IMG/VR virus record: IMGVR_UViG_3300000928_001655
Origin: an uncultured virus (IMG/VR IMGVR_UViG_3300000928_001655)
Taxonomy: Duplodnaviria > Heunggongvirae > Uroviricota > Caudoviricetes
Strand: one strand, 5' to 3'
Length of the DNA stretch: 64,000 bases
The translations under genes were made by a program, and so were the position numbers. Shown here in pieces: positions 18,978-27,927 of this stretch. Under the pieces are notes generated by a model that saw nothing but the letters and a program-made list of their open reading frames with translations, was not told the origin of the DNA and did not search any database. Position 1 is the first letter of the stretch. The number at the start of each line of letters is the position of its first letter.

Positions 18978-20181
18978 TGAACTGCCACTCCACTTCTCTT
19001 CGTTCTTCTTTTTTTAATTTTTCAGAACTTATATTAACTCCACATTTCTTTTTACACATGTATGGTGCACTCTCAGGGCTCCATAAAAGTGTTTGGAAAA
19101 AGTTTTCCCATTCGTCAGATGTATAGATGTCCTCTAGCTTTTCATTATTTGAAACAGCGAGGTGTTCATCTTTCAACCCATGCGCAGTAATCCACCTATG
19201 AACAGGCGGATCATCTAACCAACAGCAAGGTAGCATAAACCCATCTGAAGTATATGCTGCCCCTTTACTATTGTCACCATGTTTAGGACCTTTATTAAAT
19301 AAAAATGCGAGACACCTTGGTTGTATTTTCATGAGATTTTTAAACGCTTTTATAATTGGTTGAATATCAGGTTTGGTATTACCCTCTTTTAATCTATTCC
19401 AGTACACATAACCACCGTCTCTGAGAGATTTATCTCTTTTGTAAATCATCTCCTTGCCGTAGTATTTGCATTCCTGAATAATGCGTGGTGCAGGATCAAA
19501 GTGATCTTTTGTATAAACGTATGTATTGAAAATACCCAGAAAGTTTTCTACTGGGACAAATATATTATTGAATGCAGGATTTACCCAGTGTTCATCATAT
19601 GTGATGATACCGTGATCGAAATATTTGGGGAGTTCTCTTGCCGCTACAGTATAGTATATCATATTCGTACCCAAGAAAAGGTATTCGAACTGAACATCAT
19701 CTTTGTGTTCTTTGTAGATTTTAAAGTTAATATGTTTTTCGAAGTGTTCACCAACACCTTCAGGATACACATCTGTATCACACAAGTCTTCTACTTGTTC
19801 TGGGTTAAAGAACTCTATAGCTTTGGGATATTCGGTTGGATGGTTTGATGAATATACACTGATCAGTCTTCTAGAGAAAAGTTCTCTTAAGTTTTTCTTT
19901 GATCTATTGTCATAACCATCAAAGTTTTTGTACGCTTGGGTAACCATACTTCTACCCATTACCATCGTTATGGGGTATTGGACATTATATTTAAAGTAAA
20001 GATATTTGGAATGAACGTATTTACTATTAATCGTATCGATATAATCTTGTTGATCATATAAACGATGTGGTACAACAACTACACGTGCACGAACACCACT
20101 TTCATTTAAGAGAGTACAATATTCATAACTGTACAACAATAAACCATCTACTGGTTTTGATGTAACCACAATGTTAATCAT
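18961..20181 (-). CDS. unknown (possibly glycosyltransferase-like) domain fused to a C-terminal SPASM/twitch-like domain
   Basis: C-terminal QPRC...DGFMLPCCWLD...CKKKC; no CxxxCxxC motif. Confidence 0.6.
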   Translation of the reverse strand: MINIVVTSKPVDGLLLYSYEYCTLLNESGVRARVVVVPHRLYDQQDYIDTINSKYVHSKYLYFKYNVQYPITMVMGRSMVTQAYKNFDGYDNRSKKNLRELFSRRLISVYSSNHPTEYPKAIEFFNPEQVEDLCDTDVYPEGVGEHFEKHINFKIYKEHKDDVQFEYLFLGTNMIYYTVAARELPKYFDHGIITYDEHWVNPAFNNIFVPVENFLGIFNTYVYTKDHFDPAPRIIQECKYYGKEMIYKRDKSLRDGGYVYWNRLKEGNTKPDIQPIIKAFKNLMKIQPRCLAFLFNKGPKHGDNSKGAAYTSDGFMLPCCWLDDPPVHRWITAHGLKDEHLAVSNNEKLEDIYTSDEWENFFQTLLWSPESAPYMCKKKCGVNISSEKLKKEERREVEWQFNESNN

Positions 20182-20184
20182 CGT

Positions 20185-20763
20185 CTATTCACTTTCTAAT
20201 AGGTACTTGGAGAACCAAGCCTGTTCACGTTTCATCTCTTTATATCTTTGGTTGAACAGATATATTGGAGCGTCTGTTTCATCTAATACAGTTCGAAAGG
20301 ATACGTATCCATCTTCCTCTGTGTACCGTTTTGGTATTGTATGTTCATAGAGGTATTGATCCATGCCTCGTCTGTAGTACAACAAACAGTACTCCTCGTC
20401 TTTATGAAAACGTTCAGTTACGTAAGATGCATCGCCTGCCCAAGATATGATAGAAGAGTTGAATGGAGTGTGAAACTCTTCACGCCAGTGCGCATGACAC
20501 ACTGTAAAATCTTTTCTTATAAAATGATTGCAGTCACCTTTGATGATTACATCTAAGTCGAAGTATATGTTTTGTCCGTCTTTGTATTTATCAAACATTT
20601 GAAGTTTATTGAACACACCATAATCGTCATCGTACAGATCTTCATCTATGCAAACGAACTCATCATAGTCTAATCCTGAGTAAGTGTCAACCATATGTTT
20701 AAGATTGTCTTCATACCACTTATCGTATTTGGTGCCTGTTCGGACACAAATCACTCTTAACAT
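20185..20763 (-). CDS. GT-A fold glycosyltransferase
   Basis: CVRTGTKY, FNKLQMF, YFDLDVII, NSSIISW, GMDQYL. Confidence 0.75.
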   Translation of the reverse strand: MLRVICVRTGTKYDKWYEDNLKHMVDTYSGLDYDEFVCIDEDLYDDDYGVFNKLQMFDKYKDGQNIYFDLDVIIKGDCNHFIRKDFTVCHAHWREEFHTPFNSSIISWAGDASYVTERFHKDEEYCLLYYRRGMDQYLYEHTIPKRYTEEDGYVSFRTVLDETDAPIYLFNQRYKEMKREQAWFSKYLLESE

Positions 20764-21470
20764 TACTTAACCCTTGTATATTGATCGAAGTATTTCCATG
20801 TATGGGGTAGATTGTCTTCATGGGTGAAGTGAACGAGTTTGATCTCTTCATTAAAGTCACCAAACCACGCATACTCTAAACCAGTAGCGTGGGCATATTT
20901 TGCGTTGAAATGTTTTTGCCATTGAGTGTATACTATAGGTGACATATTATCATCACTCAACCATCTTGTTTGCCATGCGTTAGGAAGTGTAATAAGTTCA
21001 AGTTGTTCCTTAACTGCATCTTCAACAAAATACTGTTCACCATTAACTGGGCCACTTGTAATTCCTGCACGGATATACAGACTTTGGAAATGCTGTGGAT
21101 CTGACATAAACTTTTCGTAGATGTAGTTACAGTCTTTAGGATAGTATTTGTAGAACCCACCGTTAATAGAATAGTCTGGATGTAGAGTATCTCTCCACCA
21201 GGCTCTCATTGCAAGAAACTGACCACGTTCAACTGGGTAATCGAATACTTTCTTAAAATCGTTGATGAGTAGAAGATCAATATCCATCACGCACACTGGT
21301 TCTTCATCTGCAAGGTTCATCACAGACATTTTATTCCACTGTAGTTTTACTGAGGGATCGTATGCTTCTCGAATCCAAACGAGTTCGTAATCATCTCCAA
21401 GTTTGGATTCTAAATAATCTTCGTATTCGGGACCATACTTATTCCCGATTCTCACAACAAATATTTTCAT
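20763..21470 (-). CDS. GT-A fold glycosyltransferase
   Basis: RIGNKY, WNKM, MDIDLL, INGGFY, GEQYFV, VHFT. Confidence 0.75.
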   Translation of the reverse strand: MKIFVVRIGNKYGPEYEDYLESKLGDDYELVWIREAYDPSVKLQWNKMSVMNLADEEPVCVMDIDLLLINDFKKVFDYPVERGQFLAMRAWWRDTLHPDYSINGGFYKYYPKDCNYIYEKFMSDPQHFQSLYIRAGITSGPVNGEQYFVEDAVKEQLELITLPNAWQTRWLSDDNMSPIVYTQWQKHFNAKYAHATGLEYAWFGDFNEEIKLVHFTHEDNLPHTWKYFDQYTRVK

Positions 21471-21478
21471 GGTATAGT

Positions 21479-21985
21479 TTATTCACTTTCAGGTGCAGGT
21501 GTCTCTTCTACTGGTGTTTCAATTGCAGTAACAATGTCTAAAACTTCTTTGTAAGTTTTTGCCTGTCGGATTTTTCTTTTGAGATCACTGTCTTCACAGT
21601 TTACAACAACCTCTTGATCAAAAGCTTCGATCTTGAATTTGAATAGTTCTTCTGCAGTAATATCATCTTCAGTCATTGCCAGAAGACCGTAGATTTTCTT
21701 GAAACCAAGTTCTGTACTGTCAATAATACCTTCACGTTCGGCAATTAACATAACTTCTTTCTCGAAACCTTTACGGGCACGACGACGATACTCACGTGTC
21801 GCTTCTTCGATTTTATCTTCATCCCAACCCTCTGCAACGAGGTCACGATAGTTCGCATCCTTCTCGTCCACAGGACAGAAGAACCTACGGATTTTGTCAT
21901 CTCCGCCACGCCATTCAATGTTAATAATTGTTTTCTCTTGGTCAAAATAGAAAACATCAATGATGTTGTTACTAAATTCCGCCAT
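21479..21985 (-). CDS. hypothetical protein, possible assembly chaperone
   Basis: 168 aa with AAGGAG RBS; follows two virion-like genes. Confidence 0.6.
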   Translation of the reverse strand: MAEFSNNIIDVFYFDQEKTIINIEWRGGDDKIRRFFCPVDEKDANYRDLVAEGWDEDKIEEATREYRRRARKGFEKEVMLIAEREGIIDSTELGFKKIYGLLAMTEDDITAEELFKFKIEAFDQEVVVNCEDSDLKRKIRQAKTYKEVLDIVTAIETPVEETPAPESE

Positions 21986-21995
21986 TTTCCACTCC

Positions 21996-22973
21996 TTAAG
22001 TTCTTGTCACATATAATCCATATGTGGATATCGTTGTTGCTACCCCATTTGGGAATTCTTGTGATCTGTAATCGTCTACGCCTACAAATCTAGTTGTATA
22101 TCCTGTTGCACTCGTACCATTCAATCTAGTGTCTGCAATTGCTGAACCACATAGTGTTCCAGATCCATCAGGTGCTTTCAAAAAGTAGGATAGTTGATAC
22201 CCTGCTTCTGACTCTGCTGCGTATTTTACAAATCCCCCAAGGAAATTGTCCCAAGTTGCGGCAGGTGGTGCTCTTAGATCTGTAACGCCACCAGTAATAT
22301 CAATAGCGAGAGGAATAATGGCACCTGCAGTTGCGTCACCATTAAACCTATGTAAGTAATAATTATTTATGTCGATTGGTTGATCTAATGATTCGGGAAT
22401 ACCTGCTGATGTGAACAGTGTTGTATCCGCACGAGTATCAATGAAGATAGGATCTGCTGATACCAGAGTTGCACCTGCCAAAGAGTTGGAAGTACTGATC
22501 GTGTAAGATCCACCCTTCTTACCAGTATCTGTCTCTCCATTACCTGATGCGATCATACCAATCGCTTCATCAACAAATGTATCAATCATATCTTGTTGCG
22601 TCATCGCTTTGATTTCACCTGCTGTGGCATCCCAATAAACTGGATAACTGAGGTTCGCATCTGAAGGATAAGCTTGTGGTCCGTTTGTTGTCTGGTTAAC
22701 GTGATCATATGTCAATGAGACTTGTGATATATCAGCAGTGGCTGCTTCAGCCACGTATGTTACGGTTCCAATTGATGCGGCACCTGCTTGCATTCTTGTG
22801 TCAGTCAACACATCTCCTGCATTTCCACCAGTCGCAACACGACTGAGAATAACAGAAGGGTCAAGAGAGTATTGATAAACCATTCGTTCGCAGACATCGG
22901 TTACCTGCGCCGTGGTCATTGATCTCATATCATTGTTTACTGTGTCCCAATATAGTGGCGAACGTACTGTCAT
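21996..22973 (-). CDS. putative virion structural protein (paralog B)
   Basis: T/A/G/D-rich; MTVRSPLYW, DTRMQAG, QQDMIDTF, SQEFPNG shared with neighbour. Confidence 0.6.
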   Translation of the reverse strand: MTVRSPLYWDTVNNDMRSMTTAQVTDVCERMVYQYSLDPSVILSRVATGGNAGDVLTDTRMQAGAASIGTVTYVAEAATADISQVSLTYDHVNQTTNGPQAYPSDANLSYPVYWDATAGEIKAMTQQDMIDTFVDEAIGMIASGNGETDTGKKGGSYTISTSNSLAGATLVSADPIFIDTRADTTLFTSAGIPESLDQPIDINNYYLHRFNGDATAGAIIPLAIDITGGVTDLRAPPAATWDNFLGGFVKYAAESEAGYQLSYFLKAPDGSGTLCGSAIADTRLNGTSATGYTTRFVGVDDYRSQEFPNGVATTISTYGLYVTRT

Positions 22974-22982
22974 ATCGTTTCC

Positions 22983-23954
22983 TTACGCTCGTTTACAAGT
23001 TAAATAGTATGTGGTCAAAACAGTCTCAACTCCATTCGGAAACTCTTGTGTAATATAAGAGTCGATGTTAAGGAGACGTTGTAAATAACCTCTGGAAGAT
23101 AGACCTGAAAGACGAGTATCAATCATCGTACCTCTTCTGTTTGATGCAGTAGAAGCTTCTTCGATTGCATAGACGATTTTATTTCCAGTTTCTGTCGCTG
23201 CATGTCTGATTGCAGGACCTAGTAACGCATCTAATTTAGTGTTATTATATTCTTGGATCATCGGATTTGTAGCATTTGTTAGATACATTGGTCTCACTGT
23301 TGGAGCAGGAGCAGTTGCAGAAATACCATATTGATAGAGGTAATATGTTTCTTCTGTACTAGGTCTGTCTCTCACGGTATCTGGTAATGCGCTTGCGGCA
23401 GGGAATGCATCTACATCGGCAATCGTGTTTATGAATATTGGATTTGCGCTTACTCTTACTAAGTCATTTGGTACTGTTGCACCTGCTTCTAAGATCTCGT
23501 AAGTACCTGCTTTTTCAGCGTTGGAAGAACCACTTGTTGTTAACTTAATAATTGCAGGTTCAATAAAAGTATCAATGAAATCTTGTTGCGTCATAGATCT
23601 GATGTTATCATTACTATCAATGTAGGTAGGATATACAATGCTATTAGTGTCTGCAGGATAGGAAGTACCACTTGCAGTTCCCTTAGATATGTGATCGTAA
23701 GTGGTTACCACCTCTTCGATGTTAGGTGTTTCATCCGCTCTAGCAAATCTATCTACTCTAGAAACGGATTCCCCAGCTTGAAATCTGGTGTCTTCCATTG
23801 CAGACAGGTTACCAGATGCAGCTACGTATGACAATGTGGCAGACGGATTCTGCCCGAACAACCAAATTGCACGTGACTGAATCTGTTCTACATGAGCAGC
23901 AGTCATCGGTTTGAAACCGTCACTTGCCCAATATAGTGGAATTCTTACTGTCAT
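22983..23954 (-). CDS. putative virion structural protein (paralog A)
   Basis: MTVRIPLYW, DTRFQAG, QQDFIDTF, TQEFPNG. Confidence 0.6.
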   Translation of the reverse strand: MTVRIPLYWASDGFKPMTAAHVEQIQSRAIWLFGQNPSATLSYVAASGNLSAMEDTRFQAGESVSRVDRFARADETPNIEEVVTTYDHISKGTASGTSYPADTNSIVYPTYIDSNDNIRSMTQQDFIDTFIEPAIIKLTTSGSSNAEKAGTYEILEAGATVPNDLVRVSANPIFINTIADVDAFPAASALPDTVRDRPSTEETYYLYQYGISATAPAPTVRPMYLTNATNPMIQEYNNTKLDALLGPAIRHAATETGNKIVYAIEEASTASNRRGTMIDTRLSGLSSRGYLQRLLNIDSYITQEFPNGVETVLTTYYLTCKRA

Positions 23955-23974
23955 TGTACTTCGCCTTCCGACTA

Positions 23975-24160
23975 TTATGCTTCAGGAGGACCAAATACAG
24001 TTTTTAATTTAGTGCCTGCAGAATTATAAATTATCAGTTTATTATCTGCCACTCTGATTGCATCTTCGATTGTCTCGTTGGAAGTTGCATCAGTACCTTC
24101 TATATTTTCTAGTTCTTTTCCGTCATCTATAACAGTTACGGTTCCAACTTTGAAAGCCAT
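23975..24160 (-). CDS. small putative virion/tail protein
   Basis: 61 aa; MAFKVGTVTVIDD resembles phage tail-fibre N-termini; first gene after a late-promoter-like motif. Confidence 0.55.
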   Translation of the reverse strand: MAFKVGTVTVIDDGKELENIEGTDATSNETIEDAIRVADNKLIIYNSAGTKLKTVFGPPEA

Positions 24161-24205
24161 GATGATGTCCCTTTAATATCTTGCGGTTATTATTCATCTC
24201 GAAAT

Positions 24206-24213
24206 TATTTATG
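24206..24213 (-). promoter_or_regulatory. T4-type late promoter (CATAAATA) heading the leftward operon
   Basis: One mismatch to TATAAATA, about 45 nt upstream of ATG 24160. Confidence 0.55.
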
Positions 24214-24221
24214 CAATATGT

Positions 24222-24490
24222 AAAATGTCCACACTTCTGTTGCTAGGCAGTGGACTCTCCCCCTGTGATTACGCCGCTAGACGTAACTCAGATGGTGCGA
24301 AATTATCATTTGCACTTGTAGTTTTTGACCGAATAACGTAGGTCAACACGATAATCTCCACTCAACTAGCCCGTCTGTCGATCCTAGTTCATCCCCATCA
24401 AAAGCACACTCAGTAAATGTGTTTATGGTGGAGATGTGGGGTACTGCCCCCCAGTCCAGTCCGTCTTCGAATCGCTTCATCGATTACATC
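24222..24490 (-). ncRNA. ssrA: circularly permuted two-piece tmRNA (alphaproteobacterial type), tag ANDNFAPSELRLAA
   Basis: Acceptor piece ends GGGGCAGTACCCCACATCTCCACCA at 24426; 29 nt spacer; coding piece starts GGGGATG at 24396; G3.U70 pair; tag frame 24313..24269; outer ends approximate. Confidence 0.93.
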
Positions 24491-24494
24491 TTTA

Positions 24495-24523
24495 CTTATA
24501 CTCTATCATACTGCATTTGTCAA
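24495..24523 (-). promoter_or_regulatory. sigma70-type promoter of ssrA
   Basis: TTGACA-17 nt-TATAAG. Confidence 0.7.
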
Positions 24524-24540
24524 TACCTAATCTATCTATT

Positions 24541-24548
24541 TATAAATA
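24541..24548 (+). promoter_or_regulatory. T4 late promoter TATAAATA
   Basis: Exact consensus upstream of ATG 24602. Confidence 0.7.
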
Positions 24549-24601
24549 GTCTCGTGAATTCTTCGGCATGATTGATCAACATTATAAATCAGGAGATATT
24601 T

Positions 24602-24924
24602 ATGTCAGAAGACAATAAAAAGACCATCGACGCATCTGCAGTAGCAGGAATGGATGTGAACGGTGATGGACACATTTCAGCAGAAGAACTGGAAATGCAT
24701 TTAGAGTTCAAACGCAAAGCGCTTGAAGATCAAGATGCACAAAGAGATGCCATGAGAAACATGACATGGTTTGCTCTNNNNNNNNNNNNNNNNNNNNNNN
24801 NNNNNNNNNNNNNNNNNNNNNNNNNNNNNNNNNTATTGTTGGTGATATCGCACCTACGTACTTTGTTGCAATTTCAGCTTTGGTTGCTGCATTCTTTGGT
24901 GCAGATGCGATCCGCAAGAAATAA
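24602..24924 (+). CDS. small membrane protein with EF-hand-like motif, possible holin (spans N gap)
   Basis: DVNGDGHISAEE; after the gap a hydrophobic frame IVGDIAPTYFVAISALVAAFFGADAIRKK*; AGGAG RBS. Confidence 0.55.
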
Positions 24925-24925
24925 C

Positions 24926-24954
24926 AAAAAAGGGGAGACCTTAAAGATCTCCCC
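24926..24954 (-). terminator. intrinsic terminator (minus strand)
   Basis: GGGGAGA/TCTCCCC stem followed by T6 on the minus strand. Confidence 0.75.
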
Positions 24955-25244
24955 CTCATAATATAATGTGTGGGGTGGATTTACTTANNNNNNNNNNNNN
25001 NNNNNNNNNNNNNNNNNNNNNNNNNNNNNNNNNNNNNNNNNNNNNNNNNNNNNNNNNNNNNNNNNNNNNNNNNNNNNNNNNNNNNNNNCACTCCGTCGAG
25101 TGAAGAAAACTGTGTACCATCGGGCAAATCTATTAATAGTCCCGATGGTAAATGTTCGGCTGTAAGTCAAGAGAAAGAATCTCACCTCAACACTATTGGC
25201 GTACCGACATTTTTAAGATCGTTGAGTCGTTATTAACAACTCAT
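24955..25244 (-). ncRNA. unidentified structured non-coding RNA (partly in N gap)
   Basis: Lies between promoter 25251-25279 and terminator 24926-24954; several hairpins; no credible ORF. Confidence 0.55.
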
Positions 25245-25250
25245 ATAAAC

Positions 25251-25279
25251 ATAATATAGTATTCTTTCACATTTGTCAA
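25251..25279 (-). promoter_or_regulatory. sigma70-type promoter of putative ncRNA
   Basis: TTGACA-17 nt-TATTAT. Confidence 0.65.
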
Positions 25280-25312
25280 GCTCTAATTTACGTTTTTTTA
25301 AACTTTTTTTTA

Positions 25313-25809
25313 TTATCCTTCCCAACGGTAATAAATGTGTGCACCCAAACGTCCAACTTGTTGTAACGTACGTGCCCAACTAGGGTTCACATAGGTTGCG
25401 TGGTAATGGGTTGCACCCTCAGTGATACCACGGTAACGATTAAACTCAAGCATTTGATATGCGATCAACTGCGATTCGTTCCACAGATCATCGTCTTGTG
25501 GATTGTCTGCTTTACCGTCACAGTACCAAGAGAACTGACACTTGTTACGTTTCATTTGACCATTACTATGTTGTTGTCCCTGTTTGACAACTTCACATAT
25601 TGTATTGGGGTAACGTGTATCGAGCATACGATTGATAACTACGTCTGCAACACCAGCTTTATCTGCTAGGTTACTACTACGTGCTTCATAGTATATGTTC
25701 AAAGATAGACATACATGTTCTTCTTGTTCAAAGATNNNNNNNNNNNNNNNNNNNNNNNNNNNNNNNNNNNNNNNNNNNNNNNNNNNNNNNNNNNNNNNNN
25801 NNNNAACAT
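25313..25809 (-). CDS. cell wall hydrolase, SleB/Hydrolase_2 family (spans N gap)
   Basis: CLSLNIYYEAR, VADVVINR, YPNTICEVV, CQFSWYCDG, GATHYHA, GAHIYY; start inferred upstream of the gap. Confidence 0.9.
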
Positions 25810-25851
25810 TATTTTAACCTGCTCAATTTGATTCGTTTCTTTTGTACAATC

Positions 25852-25880
25852 AATGTACCATACTACTAAACACTTGTCAA
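25852..25880 (-). promoter_or_regulatory. sigma70-type promoter
   Basis: TTGACA-17 nt-TACATT, with a GAATCA leader. Confidence 0.6.
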
Positions 25881-25890
25881 CCCCTTTTCG

Positions 25891-25898
25891 CATAAATA
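25891..25898 (+). promoter_or_regulatory. T4-type late promoter (CATAAATA) heading the rightward operon
   Basis: 25 nt upstream of ATG 25923, which has an AAGGAG RBS. Confidence 0.55.
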
Positions 25899-25922
25899 TA
25901 ACGAATGTAAGGAGACATATCA

Positions 25923-26219
25923 ATGCCACATGAACTCAGATTCACAACAGATCCTAGTCTTGCAACGCACGATGACATCCCAGAAGAGGATGATGTTACA
26001 CCTGCGGCACACGCAATCTTCGAAGCTTATTTGGCGGATGGAAGAATAACTAGCTCTGTGAGAGAGAACGAAGATGCAATCGCAAACACATACGATAGTA
26101 TCATCACTTTTGTAGACGAGGCAACCTGTGACGCATACCTAGCCGAAATGGAAGGTATAAACGAATTCGATAAGAGTGGTGCGTCAAGAACCAATCTTTC
26201 AAGAGGTGATGTAGATTAA
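25923..26219 (+). CDS. small acidic hypothetical protein
   Basis: 98 aa, strong RBS, coupled (TAATG) to the nitroreductase gene. Confidence 0.75.
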   Translation: MPHELRFTTDPSLATHDDIPEEDDVTPAAHAIFEAYLADGRITSSVRENEDAIANTYDSIITFVDEATCDAYLAEMEGINEFDKSGASRTNLSRGDVD

Positions 26220-26935
26220 TGAATAAAGATGAATTATTGAGTGCCATACAAGGCACAAACCCCTGTCAAAGAAACTGGGATCATTCCCAGACTATTCCTA
26301 CAGAAGATGTCAATTTGTTATTGGAGTCTGTCAAACAGGCACCAACAAAACAGAATGAAACCAATTACAAGATATATTGGACAACTGACAGAACGAAGAT
26401 CCAAGAGATCTACGAGAGAACACCGTACTTTGCAGTATACGATACTGATGGATCAACACCTATCAACGAGAGAGGTGAGACTCCACCAGAGTATAATGTA
26501 ACTAACCCACAAGTAAATGCCAATATGATCATTGCCATATGTGATGATTGGGATCAAGAACTCGCACGAGGACGCACACATATGGTTGTTGATGATGATA
26601 CAATCGAAGAACATCTCTACACGCATATTGTCAAGAACAGAATTATGGATATTGGTGTTGGTATTGCATTAGGACAAATTTGTCTTACCGCTAACTTACT
26701 AGGATATAAGACAGGAATGTGTTCAGCGTTCAACGAAGACGAAGTTCTAGGAATTCCAGATACATTCTGCAAATCAATCATTGGAATAGGATATCCTCAA
26801 GATGGTGTCAACAGAAGAATGCATCCAGATGTACTCAATAGTGACATCGTTGAAGAAAATATGAGAACTGGTGCACTTACTGATAACTGGATTTTTCCTT
26901 CATTCGTGAAAATGCCAGATGTAACGGAGATATGA
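26219..26935 (+). CDS. nitroreductase family protein
   Basis: CQRNWD, QAPTKQN, DIGVGIALGQICLTANLLGYKTGMC, IGIGY. Confidence 0.8.
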   Translation: MNKDELLSAIQGTNPCQRNWDHSQTIPTEDVNLLLESVKQAPTKQNETNYKIYWTTDRTKIQEIYERTPYFAVYDTDGSTPINERGETPPEYNVTNPQVNANMIIAICDDWDQELARGRTHMVVDDDTIEEHLYTHIVKNRIMDIGVGIALGQICLTANLLGYKTGMCSAFNEDEVLGIPDTFCKSIIGIGYPQDGVNRRMHPDVLNSDIVEENMRTGALTDNWIFPSFVKMPDVTEI

Positions 26936-26936
26936 C

Positions 26937-27368
26937 ATGGGATTTTATATCACTGGTACACGGAGAGGATTGGGTAAAGTACTTGCATGGAAGTTCGGTA
27001 ATACGGGATCGATGAGACACTGTGATGTGTTCATCAATTGCAAACATAACGACTTCGATCAAGTTGATATGCTCTATCAAGCGCACGAGGCGGGTGTAAA
27101 GAGAATTATTAACATTGGTTCTAACTCACCAGATGAGACCAAGAGAGACCCCCACATCTATGCCGTTCAAAAAGCAGCACTTGATGCAGCTAATGATCAA
27201 TTGTTTTACCAAGGTGTCAACACGACTAACATAAGGTTTGGTTGGTTTGACAGTGAAAGAGTTGCACACGTAGATGCAAAGAAATTAGACATGGACTATT
27301 GTGCAGAAGTTGTTCAATGGGTTGTGGATCAACCACATCGAATAAAGGATATTACAGTATGCATATAG
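26937..27368 (+). CDS. minimal short-chain dehydrogenase/reductase
   Basis: ITGTRRGLG, IINIGS, YAVQK (YxxxK). Confidence 0.8.
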   Translation: MGFYITGTRRGLGKVLAWKFGNTGSMRHCDVFINCKHNDFDQVDMLYQAHEAGVKRIINIGSNSPDETKRDPHIYAVQKAALDAANDQLFYQGVNTTNIRFGWFDSERVAHVDAKKLDMDYCAEVVQWVVDQPHRIKDITVCI

Positions 27369-27859
27369 ATGTACTTAGAATTGTAGAAGAGATTGCGCCT
27401 TTGATGTACCAGATGTCAGAGGAACAAGACTGTCGCCATCAGATTATGCTTCAAGGTTGTAAAAATCAGAGGCCAGAAGAAGAAGACTTCGACCCCTACT
27501 TGGGAACTCAAGGTTTCAAATGGTTAAGTGAGGAAGGATACATAGAGTATGAGTTCAGAAACCCCATTTATGATTATCTAGAATATACGAATAAGGTCAT
27601 TGCGGATCTCAAGATACACCGAACTAGACTCATCTGTTTGAGACCCCAAACATGTTACACTTACCACAAGGACTTCTCACAGAGGATACACATCCCTCTT
27701 ATTACGAACCCGAACTGTTTCTTGATCGTTGATGATGAACTTAATAGGTATCCTGCAGATGGTAGTTCATATCTCATAAATACTACGAAGCACCACACAG
27801 CAGTCAATGCGTCCAAAAGAGACAGATGGCACATTGTAGGGTGTACTTCACAAAGATAA
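27359..27859 (+). CDS. aspartyl/asparaginyl beta-hydroxylase-like 2OG-Fe(II) oxygenase
   Basis: RTRL...YHKD..RIHIPLITN...HTAVN...RWHIV. Confidence 0.8.
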   Translation: MHIDVLRIVEEIAPLMYQMSEEQDCRHQIMLQGCKNQRPEEEDFDPYLGTQGFKWLSEEGYIEYEFRNPIYDYLEYTNKVIADLKIHRTRLICLRPQTCYTYHKDFSQRIHIPLITNPNCFLIVDDELNRYPADGSSYLINTTKHHTAVNASKRDRWHIVGCTSQR

Positions 27860-27867
27860 AATAATGC

Positions 27868-27896
27868 TTGACAAGTTTGTAAGACGGTGGTATAAT
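27868..27896 (+). promoter_or_regulatory. sigma70-type promoter
   Basis: TTGACA-17 nt-TATAAT with TG extension. Confidence 0.8.
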
Positions 27897-27927
27897 CGTT
27901 TTACGCTTTTAATACAATGAGGCTGTT

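Noticed and set aside
11773..24160. Classical RiPP cluster with a precursor peptide, or selenocysteine/stop-codon recoding
   Set aside because: No leader/core-type peptide or peptidase exporter is evident; genes end at ordinary coupled stops and no suppressor tRNA is visible.
24968..25236. Short ORFs across the N gap
   Set aside because: They are mostly Ns with no RBS; the region is better explained as a structured RNA.
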